A DNA stretch of 34,764 nucleotides. Source: Phycisphaera mikurensis NBRC 102666 (GTDB taxonomy: Bacteria > Planctomycetota > Phycisphaerae > Phycisphaerales > SM1A02). Made by a program: the position numbers and the translations under genes. The DNA lies in contig CAMBSR010000001.1 of the NCBI GenBank assembly GCA_945870475.1, forward strand, positions 1 through 34,764, in the 5' to 3' direction. This document shows positions 1-8,250 of the stretch, in pieces. Numbering within the stretch: position 1 is the first letter of the stretch; every line of letters begins with the position of its first letter. The notes under the pieces were generated by a model. That model was not told the DNA's origin. It saw only the letters and a list, made by a program, of their open reading frames with translations, and ran no database searches.

Positions 1-44
1 CGGAAGAACTGCGCGTGCCCGTCGACGAGGTAGAGCGTCGCCAT
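1..44 (-). CDS. DNA polymerase I / 5'-3' exonuclease family, first 14 codons only (partial, continues past window start)
   Basis: Minus-strand ATG at 44..42, 3 nt after the TGA of the upstream gene. Visible codons read MATLYLVDGHAQFF(R), resembling the conserved LxLxDGxxxxFRA N-terminus of the PolA 5'-3' exonuclease domain. Only 14 aa are visible, so this is weak. Confidence 0.35.
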   Translation of the reverse strand, partial: MATLYLVDGHAQFF

Positions 45-47
45 CCG

Positions 48-1289
48 TCAGCCCGCGCCCGCCCCGTGCAGGGCCGAGAGCCGCGCGCACTCGGCAACGC
101 CGGGCTCGCGCCCGCGCCGCGCCATCACGGTGCGCGCGATGTCCATGAACTTGTCGAGCCGGAAGCGGCGCTCGCCGTCGTCGGTGACCCAGGCGAACGA
201 GCCCACCGCGCCGGAGACCGCCTTGCCGGCGGCCCACATGGTGCCGGTGCCGATGGACGTGCCAGTCATCACGCGCGTGCCGATGGCAAGCTTGGTGTGG
301 TCACCCACAATGCAGCCCATGAACTGCCGGCCGCTGCGCTCGAGCGGCGAATTCGGGGAGAGGCGCATGGTCACCTCGCCGTAGGTGTTCAGCAGGTTCG
401 AATTGACGGTGCCGGCGCCCAGGTTCACCCATTCGCCAAGAAGCGCGTCGCCAAGGTGCCCGTCGTGCGCCTTGTTGCTGCACGCCTGGAAGATGGCGGA
501 ACCGATCTCCCCCGCTCCGCGGCACTGCGGCCCGAGCACGGTGCGCGCCTTGATGACGCTCCGATCCATCACGATGGACTTCGGACCGATCCACGCGGGG
601 CCGGTGATCACGCTGCCGTGGCGAACCTCGGCGCCGCGGTCCACCAGGATGGGCCCGGTGGAGGTGTCGAAGACGACGCCGATGCCGATGGTGGCGCTGG
701 CATGCAGGTGGAGCGCACCAGTGCCCGCACGCGCTGCGTGCGCCGGCAGCGCGCCGCGCTCGGCCGCGGGCCACGCGCCGGACACCTGCTCCATGTCGGC
801 AGCCATCGCGGCACCGAGCACGTCGGCGTTCAGGAGATGCCACGGGCGGCTCCACACGGAGAGCGCGCACGGGAGCTGCTGCACGCCCGCGGGCAGCGCG
901 GGCTTCCCGGCGTGAATCGAGGACATGAACGCCGTCAGCGCCGCACCCGCAAGCCGCGCAGCGATCACGGTGCCGTCCGCCGCGACGAGTACCGCGCCGG
1001 ATGCCAGTCCGTCGAACGCCTCGCGCATGGCGCGCGTGCCCGCGTGGACACGGCCGTTGATGCAGAGTGCCGCGGTGCACGCGGCCACGGACTCGGCGCC
1101 GTGACGCTCGGCAAGGAGCGCCATGGAGCCCGCCGCCGCCGCCATCCGTACCGGGGTGCCGAAGCCCGCGGCGCGCTCGATGGCGGTCAGGCCGCCCGAG
1201 CGCTGCTCGAAGGAGACGCGCAGGTCGGAGAGCGGGCCGAGGCTGCCTTGGCCGTCGTCGAAGAGGAGGATCGCGGGGACCTGGTCCAT
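48..1289 (-). CDS. GlmU-like sugar nucleotidyltransferase with C-terminal left-handed beta-helix (hexapeptide-repeat) domain
   Basis: 413-aa ORF. The N-terminus AILLFDDGQGSLGPLSDLR resembles nucleotidyltransferase folds. The C-terminal half has imperfect hexapeptide repeats (…GAEVRHGSVITGPAWIGPKSIVMDRSVI…GEWVNLGAGTVNSNL…). ATG lies 20 nt downstream of the mreD stop; TGA stop. Family recalled from memory, not HMM-verified. Confidence 0.65.
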   Translation of the reverse strand: MDQVPAILLFDDGQGSLGPLSDLRVSFEQRSGGLTAIERAAGFGTPVRMAAAAGSMALLAERHGAESVAACTAALCINGRVHAGTRAMREAFDGLASGAVLVAADGTVIAARLAGAALTAFMSSIHAGKPALPAGVQQLPCALSVWSRPWHLLNADVLGAAMAADMEQVSGAWPAAERGALPAHAARAGTGALHLHASATIGIGVVFDTSTGPILVDRGAEVRHGSVITGPAWIGPKSIVMDRSVIKARTVLGPQCRGAGEIGSAIFQACSNKAHDGHLGDALLGEWVNLGAGTVNSNLLNTYGEVTMRLSPNSPLERSGRQFMGCIVGDHTKLAIGTRVMTGTSIGTGTMWAAGKAVSGAVGSFAWVTDDGERRFRLDKFMDIARTVMARRGREPGVAECARLSALHGAGAG

Positions 1290-1309
1290 GGTGGAAGCCT
1301 AGCGCGGGG

Positions 1310-1909
1310 TCAGTCGCCCGCCCGGAGCACGCGCGCCGCGCCGGAGAAGCGCGGGCCGGCGGTGGCGAACGCCCACGCCGTGAGTGTGCGCTGCAGTGCC
1401 CACGCGGGCACCACCGCCACCACTGCGGAGAGGAGCGCATCGATGATGTCGGAACCCATGGCCGCCGCACCGCTGCCGCCGCCCCAGAGCGGGGTCGGAT
1501 CGGCGTACGCCGCGCGAATGCCGGCGATGGCGATGAATGCAAGCGAAGCAAACACCGCGCAGACGAAGGTGGAGAACGCCACCGTCAGGGTGTTGCGGCG
1601 GTAGAGCCACGTGCGCGATTCGAGCACCGCCCACGCGCCCGCCACGCAGGCCAGGACGTGCGGGCCGAAGACCGGCACCGCCCGCGGCGCATCGCCGCCG
1701 ATGCCGAGCGCCGGGTGCATGGCGTCGAGCCAGAAACCGACGACCACCGCGCCCCAGAGCGCCGCGGTGCGCGAGGCGTAAAGCGACACGAATGCCAGAA
1801 GGAGCGGCCAGAGGTGCGGTACATGGCCACCCACCGCGAACGCCGGCATGAGTGCGGCGTCCAGCATGAGCACCAGCGCGGCCACTGGCACGAAGATCCA
1901 CCACCTCAC
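1310..1909 (-). CDS. mreD: rod shape-determining protein MreD
   Basis: 199-aa polytopic hydrophobic protein directly after mreC. Its GTG start overlaps the mreC TGA (GTGA, 4-nt overlap). Position and topology are typical of MreD; sequence conservation in this family is low, so the call is largely contextual. Confidence 0.7.
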   Translation of the reverse strand: MRWWIFVPVAALVLMLDAALMPAFAVGGHVPHLWPLLLAFVSLYASRTAALWGAVVVGFWLDAMHPALGIGGDAPRAVPVFGPHVLACVAGAWAVLESRTWLYRRNTLTVAFSTFVCAVFASLAFIAIAGIRAAYADPTPLWGGGSGAAAMGSDIIDALLSAVVAVVPAWALQRTLTAWAFATAGPRFSGAARVLRAGD

Positions 1910-2799
1910 CGGGCACCCCCGGCGCCGGGCGCATCCTGCACCTTCACCACGAGCCGCGAGAGCCGCAGCGGGTCCGACTCCATACGAACGGAGACGCGCC
2001 GCCGCAGCGGGTTGGCGTCCAACGGTCCGACCGATTCCACGACTCCGATCCGCATCCCCTGCGCCGCCGGGCGCCAGGTCGCGTCGGCCAGGAGCACCGG
2101 ATCACCGGGAACCACCTCTGCGGGGGTCTCCAGCTCGCCCACCAGCATCCGGTTGCCGGATGGCACCAGCTGCACCAGGACCGGCACGCGGTCGGAGGGC
2201 ACCGCCTTCCCGCCCTTCGCGGGCGCTGGCGGGCCCGAGGGGCGCACCTGGGCGTCGATCCGGCCGCAGCGGCGATCGTCGAGGGGAATCACCCAGGACC
2301 GTCCGGCAGCCCCGCCGGAGGCCACCTGGCCCACCAGCTGGTTGCCCGCCACCACCACCGGGTCGCCGGCCTGCACGCCCTGCGATGCGCCCACGTCGAT
2401 TCCCAGCAGCCCGCCGGGGCGACCCGTGGAGCGCTCCACCACCGTGGCCAGGCGCGGGCGCCAGCCGGCGCGGTCGGCGGGTCGGTAGCCGGTTAGTTCG
2501 CCGAGCTCGCGCTCCAGCTGGCCGACGCGCAGCTGCGCGGCGTCCAGCTCGCCCTGCAGGCGATCGCGGTCCTCGCGGGCGGTACGAAGGTCTTCGGGGA
2601 GGCCTTGGTACGGATCGGCCGGTGTGCGGATCCAGTCGCGCGCCCAACCGAGCAGTGCGGTGCCCGGACGCATCGGCGCCCAGAGCACGGTGGCCAACCC
2701 GCCCGACCACGACGCCTGCGATCCCTGCGGCAACGCCGCCAGGACCGCGGCCACGCCGAGGACGATCGCGAGGATTCTGCTGCTCGAGACGAACGCCAT
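1906..2799 (-). CDS. mreC: rod shape-determining protein MreC
   Basis: 297 aa with an N-terminal membrane anchor (ILAIVLGVAAVLAAL), a coiled coil (REDRDRLQGELDAAQLRVGQLERELGEL) and a beta-rich C-terminal domain. GGAG/GAGG Shine-Dalgarno 5-12 nt upstream of ATG 2799. Sits between mreB and mreD. Confidence 0.85.
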   Translation of the reverse strand: MAFVSSSRILAIVLGVAAVLAALPQGSQASWSGGLATVLWAPMRPGTALLGWARDWIRTPADPYQGLPEDLRTAREDRDRLQGELDAAQLRVGQLERELGELTGYRPADRAGWRPRLATVVERSTGRPGGLLGIDVGASQGVQAGDPVVVAGNQLVGQVASGGAAGRSWVIPLDDRRCGRIDAQVRPSGPPAPAKGGKAVPSDRVPVLVQLVPSGNRMLVGELETPAEVVPGDPVLLADATWRPAAQGMRIGVVESVGPLDANPLRRRVSVRMESDPLRLSRLVVKVQDAPGAGGAR

Positions 2800-2863
2800 G
2801 GGGCCTCAGCTCCGGCGACGGGCGACGCGGCGGGCGGCCAAGCGGCCACGCGCCGTCCGTGGG

Positions 2864-3934
2864 TCAGACCGAGTCGGCGTCCGACTCGAGCGTGTCCTTG
2901 AAGAGGTCCAGGTTCTCGAGGTAGTTGCTGGTGCCGCGGGCCACGCACGAGAGCGGCTCGTCGGCGATCTTCACGTCCAGGCCGGTGGCCTGGTGGAAGA
3001 CCTTGTCGATGCCGCGCAGGAGCGCGCCACCGCCGGCGATGGTGATGCCGTTGTCCACGAGGTCGGCGGCCAGCTCGGGCTTGGCCTTCTCGAGGACGCG
3101 CACCACGGCTTCGGCAATGAGGCCGACGGGCTCGCTGAGGGCCTCGCGGATCTCCTGGCTCGTGACCTCCACCTTGCGGGGAAGGCCGGTCTTCATGTCG
3201 CGGCCGCGCACGTCCATCTTCATCTCCGGGCCCGTGGGGGCGGCGGAGCCGATCTCGATCTTGATGCGCTCGGCGGTCTGCTCACCGATCAGCAGGCCGT
3301 GCACGCGCTTCATGTGGTTGATGATGGAGTCGTCGAAGTCGTCACCGGCCACGCGCAGGCTCTCGCACTCGGCGATGGCCGCGAGGGAGATGATGGCGAC
3401 ATCGGCGGCGGCACCAGCGAGATCGCCGATGTCGACGATCATGCTCGCCGTGGGCTCGGCCACCGGGAGGCCGGCGCCGATGGCAGCGGCCATGGGCTCG
3501 TGCACCAGGTAGACGCGGCGCGCACCGGCGCGCTCGGCGCTCTCGTACACGGCCTGCTTCTCGACGCTGGTGATGCCGGACGGGATGGCGATGACCACGC
3601 GAGGCCCGAAGATTCGCGTGCTCTTGCCGTTCACCTTCTTGATGAAGTAGCCGAGCATGGCCTCGGTGACGGCGAAGTCGCTGATGACGCCGTCCTTCAG
3701 CGGGCGAACCGCGCTGATGGAGCCGGGCGTCTTGCCGAGCATGTCCTTCGCGGCGAAGCCGACGGCCTCGCCGTCGTTGAGGACGATGTTGGTGCCCTTG
3801 CGGACGGCCACCACGGAGGGTTCGTTCAGGACGATGCCTTCGCCCCGGACGCACACCAGGGTGTTGCAGGTGCCAAGGTCGATCCCCATGTCGACGCTGA
3901 AGAGGCGTGAGAGCCAGTCGATCTCGAGAGCCAC
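2864..3934 (-). CDS. mreB: rod shape-determining protein MreB (actin-like ATPase)
   Basis: Strong MreB signature: DMGIDLGTCNTLV, NEPSVVAV, PSGITSVEKQAV, VHEPMAAAIGAGLPV, GGGALLRGIDK. The track ORF extends to 4060, but GTG at 3934..3932 is preceded by AAGGAG with a 7-nt spacer and gives a normal N-terminus (VALEIDWLSRLFSVDMGIDLG). 356 aa. Confidence 0.93.
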   Translation of the reverse strand: MALEIDWLSRLFSVDMGIDLGTCNTLVCVRGEGIVLNEPSVVAVRKGTNIVLNDGEAVGFAAKDMLGKTPGSISAVRPLKDGVISDFAVTEAMLGYFIKKVNGKSTRIFGPRVVIAIPSGITSVEKQAVYESAERAGARRVYLVHEPMAAAIGAGLPVAEPTASMIVDIGDLAGAAADVAIISLAAIAECESLRVAGDDFDDSIINHMKRVHGLLIGEQTAERIKIEIGSAAPTGPEMKMDVRGRDMKTGLPRKVEVTSQEIREALSEPVGLIAEAVVRVLEKAKPELAADLVDNGITIAGGGALLRGIDKVFHQATGLDVKIADEPLSCVARGTSNYLENLDLFKDTLESDADSV

Positions 3935-4057
3935 GTGGTTGCTCCTTCCTGAAGCCGTGCATCCAGCGCGGACTCCGCCGCACCGGGGGTCGCCGGGCGA
4001 CCCATCGCGCGGAGGATAGCGAAAGCACGGGCGGGAGGAGTCCGCATCCAACGGGCG

Positions 4058-4093
4058 CAAAGAGAAACGCCGCCGCGGGGAGCCGCGACGGCG
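4058..4093 (-). terminator. rho-independent terminator downstream of the microprotein gene
   Basis: Minus-strand RNA reads CGCCGUCGCGG-CUCC-CCGCGGCGGCG: an 11-bp stem with one G-U pair and a 4-nt loop, followed by UUUCUCUUUG. It lies 56 nt after the stop at 4149 and separates this unit from mreB. Confidence 0.55.
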
Positions 4094-4148
4094 CAGTGGA
4101 TGCTGGATTCGAATCAGGCGGCGAGCCGCCCGTCGGTACAGGCTTCGG

Positions 4149-4322
4149 TCAGCGGCTGCTGGCGGTGTCGAACGGGCCCTGGCCCGTTACGTCGGTGTTC
4201 ATCTTGGCAACCACGGCGGCTGCCAGGATGACCATGAGGAGGGCGACGGTGAGAAGGCCGGTATAGACGTTGAGCTGCGGCTTGGCGCGCTTGACGTCGG
4301 AGGTGGTTGCGGCGGTTGCCAT
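4149..4322 (-). CDS. 57-aa single-pass membrane microprotein (hypothetical; absent from the supplied ORF track)
   Basis: Hand translation: MATAATTSDVKRAKPQLNVYTGLLTVALLMVILAAAVVAKMNTDVTGQGPFDTASSR*. One clear TM helix, strong G/C bias at third positions, GGAG 8 nt upstream of the ATG. It starts 23 nt after the TAA of the upstream gene and is followed by a terminator. The overlapping track ORF 4114..4353 in another frame is Arg/Pro/His-rich junk. Confidence 0.55.
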   Translation of the reverse strand: MATAATTSDVKRAKPQLNVYTGLLTVALLMVILAAAVVAKMNTDVTGQGPFDTASSR

Positions 4323-4345
4323 GGTGGGGCTCCGGGTTCCGTGGG

Positions 4346-5281
4346 TTACTCACCCTTGCGGGCGATGGCGCGCTGGCCGGACTTCACTTCGCCGCGACCG
4401 GAGGCGTCCTCGAGCTCCACCACGCCGACGGCGCGGTTCACGTCCACCTGGACGATGCGGAGGTTGCCGATGAAGTTGGAACCGTCGGCGATGGTCATGA
4501 CCCAGCCTTCCTTCACGCCATCGCGGCTGCCCGCGTTGATCTCGGCGAGGGTGGCATCGGGCTCGCGCTTCACGTCGACGAGCGTGGCGCTCAGCGAGCG
4601 ATCGGCGACGACCGGGAGGCCTGCATCGGCGGTGGCACCGGCGCGCGGGGCGGCGGAGCCGTGGAGGGCCGCGTAGCGCTGCACGTCGGCCATGGCGCGC
4701 TCCTTGTCCTCGGAGACCTTCTGGAGCTGTTCCTGGAGCTGGCGCTTGGCAGCGGTCTCGCTGTCGAGGTCACCCTGCATGCGGGCGAGCGAGTCCTGCA
4801 GCTCGACGCGCGCCTTCTCGGCGGCGAGGTACTGCGTGCGGGCGCCTTCGATGTCCTGGCGCATGGCGTCGATCAGCTTGGTCTGGAGGGTGTCGTTGGC
4901 GCTGAAGGCGCCGACCTGGCCCTTGAGGTCCGCGATCTCGATGCGCACGCGCTCGAGATCACGCTCCTTGTCGGCGCGCATCTGGGTTTCCTTGTCACGC
5001 TCCATGGTGGCAGCGCGCAACTGCGACTCCATGCCGGCAACCTTCGCCTGCAGCGCGGCAACGCTCGCGTTGTACGCGTCGTTGGCCACGCCCATCTCGG
5101 CTTCCTTGGCCTTGAGGGTGGCAGTGGCATCTTCGGCCTTCTGCTTGAAGACGAACTGGTTCGTCGACGACACGGCCGCGAGCGGCGCGATGGCGCAAGC
5201 GAGGAGGGCGACGAGGACGACGAGGATCTTGGTCAGGATGTGCACGGATGGTGCCTCAGGTATCCCGCGAACCGACGACAT
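4346..5281 (-). CDS. membrane-anchored coiled-coil protein with small beta-rich C-terminal domain (hypothetical)
   Basis: 311-aa ORF with an N-terminal TM helix (ILTKILVVLVALLACAIAPLAAV), about 180 aa of heptad-like charged coiled coil, and a C-terminal segment ATLAEINAGSRDGVKEGWVMTIADGSNFIGNLRIVQVDVNRAVGVVEL. An alternative start is GTG 5245, which has GAGG 8 nt upstream; ATG 5281 has no SD. TAA stop. Confidence 0.75.
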   Translation of the reverse strand: MSSVRGIPEAPSVHILTKILVVLVALLACAIAPLAAVSSTNQFVFKQKAEDATATLKAKEAEMGVANDAYNASVAALQAKVAGMESQLRAATMERDKETQMRADKERDLERVRIEIADLKGQVGAFSANDTLQTKLIDAMRQDIEGARTQYLAAEKARVELQDSLARMQGDLDSETAAKRQLQEQLQKVSEDKERAMADVQRYAALHGSAAPRAGATADAGLPVVADRSLSATLVDVKREPDATLAEINAGSRDGVKEGWVMTIADGSNFIGNLRIVQVDVNRAVGVVELEDASGRGEVKSGQRAIARKGE

Positions 5282-5371
5282 GCCGGGCGCGGGGATTGTT
5301 CATGCGGGATCGATGCGCGTGTTCAGAAATGGACAGGTCGAACCCCGGAACAACAGATCCGACTGTTATCA

Positions 5372-5401
5372 GTAATACCAAAGATGTATACGAACTGTCA
5401 A
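5372..5401 (-). promoter_or_regulatory. sigma70-like promoter for the coiled-coil/microprotein unit
   Basis: Minus strand reads TTGACA (5401..5396, overlapping the lnt TGA), an 18-nt spacer, then TATTAC (5377..5372). It lies in the most AT-rich stretch of the window (about 5340-5397). Motif match only; no experimental support. Confidence 0.45.
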
Positions 5402-8226
5402 CGGGGTCGGGTTGCAACGAGGATCGCCTTTGCTGCGGCAAGTTGCACGGCCGGGTCCTTGTCGAAGAGGCCGGGCTCCAGTTCCGGAACCACCGCCACC
5501 CCGCCCGCATAACCAATCGCCAGTGCCGCTTCGGCGCGGACCGCCGGCTCCCGGTCGCCCAGGAGGGTCCGTGCAAACTTCACCACCGTCTGGCTGTCCT
5601 GCGAACTGACCTGTGCAAGGGCCGTGGCGCAGCCGATCCGGACCTCGGTCGGACGGGCAGAAATCCCGGTTCCGTCGATGAGCCGCATGAGGCTCGGGCG
5701 GGATCCTTCGTCCTTGAGGCGGGCCACCTGCTGGGCGGCCAAGGCCGTGAATTCCGACTGCTCGCCGGGTGAATACAAGGCAGCACGGATCGGCTCGATG
5801 CCGTCGGCGGCACCCAGGCGGACGAGCGCCTCGGCAGCCTGCAGCTCGACGATGCGCACGCGCGCGGGATTGACCTGCTTCATGCCCTTGCCGAGCGAGT
5901 CGCGGATCATCGGGACGGCGGAGCGATTGCCCATGTCGCCGAGGATCAGGTACGCGTTCGAGCGGATCTCCGGATCGTCGGAACGAACCATCGCGGCCAA
6001 GGGGCTCGGGTCGACGCGACGCCCCAGACGCGTCAGCGTGTAGATGGCGGCGGCGCGCACCGAACCGCTCTCGTCCACCAGGAGCGGCTGCACGGCATCG
6101 GCCAGGTCGGTGAGCTTCGCGCGGCCGATCGAGACGCACGCCACGAAGCGAACGCCGCGGTTCGGATCCGAGAGGAGCGGCACCACCACGGCCTTCAGGT
6201 CCTCGGGCGAGGACACGAGCGCCTCGCACGCGTTGGCGCGATAGATGGGCACCTGCGACACCGCCGCGCCGCGCAGCAGCGTGACCGCCGCCGTGTGCGC
6301 GCTGCCGCTCGACTCCACCGGAAGCGGTGCCACCGTGGGGCGACCGGAATCGGAGAGCTTGGCGTCGCCGGTGGACTGCACGCTCTGCGAGCGGCTCGAC
6401 CACGGCTGTTCGCTGGTGGTGGGGGCGGAATCGCATGCGCCCAGGATCACGGGCATCGCAGCAAGCGCGAGCATCGACACCGTGGCAGCCGCGGTGGATC
6501 GCGTGCGCACGAACCGGAAGAGCACGATGGCGGAAGCGGTGAGCATGAGTGCGATCGATGCTACTTCCCCGAATGCCGCGAAGGGGGCCGTTCGCCCATC
6601 CAACGGTGGCGCCGCCCAGAGCCATGCCGCGGTCTGCGGCGCGGGCGGCGCGGCCACGATGCAGCCGGAGGAGTCGATCCCCGCGCAGAGGCCGGTGTTG
6701 GCCGCGCGCACCATGGGCGTGCGCGTCTCGATGCAGCGGAACCGGGAAATCTGCAGGTGCTGCGCGCGGCCGCCGTCGAACCAGCCGTACCAGCCGTCGT
6801 TGGTGATGTTCACCAGGAGATCCGCCGCGCGCGCCCTGCCCCCACGGGCGGGATAGACCAGGTCGCGCGGCACCCAGCACATGGCGTCCTCGAAGCAGAT
6901 GGCGGGCGCGATGCGCACCGTGCGGCCCTCCCACGGGATCTCGAACCGCACCGGCTCACCGCCGCGGTCGAGGTCGAAGGACATGCCCGCCGCGCCCACG
7001 GCCAGAAGCTGCTGCTCCAGCCAGTCCCAGCTCGAGATGTACGGCATGGTCTCGCCGAAGGGTGCGAGGAAGATCTTGTCGTAGCGCGGATACGGCGGCG
7101 GACCGGGGTTCACCAGGTAGGCGCTGTTGAACTGCTTGTCCCAGGCGAAGCGCTCGCCGTCGGCGCGCAGGCCGATGAACGCCGGGCTTCCCACCAACAG
7201 CGGAACCTGCAGCCGCTCGGAGAGGAGCGATGCGATCCGCTGGAAGCGGTTGCCCGGGAACCAGGCGTTCGCTTCCTGCAGCGCGATGGTCTCGGGCTCC
7301 AGTCCGTAGCCCGCCAGCATGGTCTCCGGCCACACCGCGAGCGCCACCGGCAGCTTGCGCTCCGCGCAGTCGATGGCACCGCGCATGGTGAGCTCCGCGA
7401 ATTCCGGAATGTCCTTCACTTGTTCGCGGGGCGCCCAGCCCACCTTGTTGCTGGTGGCCAGGTTGGTCTGCACCAGGAGGATGCCCGGCCCCCGCCCGAC
7501 CGGCGCCTGCGAGAGGCGCCAGGAGCCATAGGCAAACGAGGCCAGCAGGAAGAGGAGCGCGAAGACGACACCCGCACGGGCGGTGTTTGCCCAGCGCGGC
7601 ACGCCCACTTCGCCCGCGACAGTGATGCGCGAGGCATGTCGCCGTGCAAGCAATGCATCGACGCACGCCCCCGCCAGCGCGAGCACCAGGAGCGATGCGA
7701 AGATCTCGCCGCAGAGGTCCGCGCCCTGCACCAGCACCACATGCTCAACCAGCGGCTGGCCCCAGCGGAACCACGGATAGCCGTCGAAGAGCACATAGGT
7801 GCGAAACGCCTCCTCGGCACCGAGGGCAAGCGGCACAAGCAGCGCCCACGGAATCCACGCCGGCAGCCCGCGCGCGCACTGCACCAGGAGCCACAGCCCG
7901 AGCAGTTCATGGAACGTGCAGTAGAGGGCCAGTGCGTAGGTGCCGGCACCCGTGACCTGCAGCAACCAGTAGTGGAGGACGAACCACTTGATCCAGAGCA
8001 CCGGCGCGATGGCGAAGGCGACGCTCCACGGAAGGGCCGCGCGCGGCGCGCCGGGCAGGCCACTTGCGGAGCCGCGCACCACGATCCATGCAGTTGGAAT
8101 CGCCGCGGCCACCACCAGGATGCTCCATCCAATCGGCGGATACGCACAGCCGAAGAGCACGCCGGCCACGGCCGCCAACACCGACGCCCAGGCCAGCTCG
8201 CGCACGGCGGCCCGACGAGCGTTCAT
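5398..8226 (-). CDS. lnt: apolipoprotein N-acyltransferase (Lnt) fused to a C-terminal HEAT-repeat domain
   Basis: The N-terminal ~590 aa form a polytopic membrane domain plus a CN-hydrolase domain with Lnt catalytic motifs: AVWPETM (Glu), YDKIFLAPFGE (Lys), APAICFEDAM (Cys). The C-terminal ~345 aa carry HEAT / PBS-lyase-like repeats (LLSDPNRGVRFVACVSIGR, LLVDESGSVRAAAIYTLTRLG, VRSDDPEIRSNAYLILGDMG, LGDREPAVRAEAALAIGYAG). Start is ATG 8226 or TTG 8247, just after the accD stop. Confidence 0.85.
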   Translation of the reverse strand: MNARRAAVRELAWASVLAAVAGVLFGCAYPPIGWSILVVAAAIPTAWIVVRGSASGLPGAPRAALPWSVAFAIAPVLWIKWFVLHYWLLQVTGAGTYALALYCTFHELLGLWLLVQCARGLPAWIPWALLVPLALGAEEAFRTYVLFDGYPWFRWGQPLVEHVVLVQGADLCGEIFASLLVLALAGACVDALLARRHASRITVAGEVGVPRWANTARAGVVFALLFLLASFAYGSWRLSQAPVGRGPGILLVQTNLATSNKVGWAPREQVKDIPEFAELTMRGAIDCAERKLPVALAVWPETMLAGYGLEPETIALQEANAWFPGNRFQRIASLLSERLQVPLLVGSPAFIGLRADGERFAWDKQFNSAYLVNPGPPPYPRYDKIFLAPFGETMPYISSWDWLEQQLLAVGAAGMSFDLDRGGEPVRFEIPWEGRTVRIAPAICFEDAMCWVPRDLVYPARGGRARAADLLVNITNDGWYGWFDGGRAQHLQISRFRCIETRTPMVRAANTGLCAGIDSSGCIVAAPPAPQTAAWLWAAPPLDGRTAPFAAFGEVASIALMLTASAIVLFRFVRTRSTAAATVSMLALAAMPVILGACDSAPTTSEQPWSSRSQSVQSTGDAKLSDSGRPTVAPLPVESSGSAHTAAVTLLRGAAVSQVPIYRANACEALVSSPEDLKAVVVPLLSDPNRGVRFVACVSIGRAKLTDLADAVQPLLVDESGSVRAAAIYTLTRLGRRVDPSPLAAMVRSDDPEIRSNAYLILGDMGNRSAVPMIRDSLGKGMKQVNPARVRIVELQAAEALVRLGAADGIEPIRAALYSPGEQSEFTALAAQQVARLKDEGSRPSLMRLIDGTGISARPTEVRIGCATALAQVSSQDSQTVVKFARTLLGDREPAVRAEAALAIGYAGGVAVVPELEPGLFDKDPAVQLAAAKAILVATRPR

Positions 8227-8250
8227 GGGTGCAGCGGTCTCAGGCAACCG

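Noticed and set aside
15-1604. 529-aa plus-strand ORF, plus other overlapping ORFs such as 301..1551 (minus) and 1067..2488 (plus)
   Set aside because: These are antisense or out of frame relative to the well-supported GlmU-like, mreD and mreC genes. Their translations are Arg/Ala/Gly/Pro-rich low-complexity sequence, typical of spurious open frames in very GC-rich DNA, with no recognisable motifs.
4114-4353. 79-aa track ORF on the minus strand
   Set aside because: Its translation (MSNPRNPEPHHGNRRNHLRRQ…) is basic junk. A different frame on the same strand gives a clean TM microprotein with an SD and a terminator, which I called instead (4149..4322).
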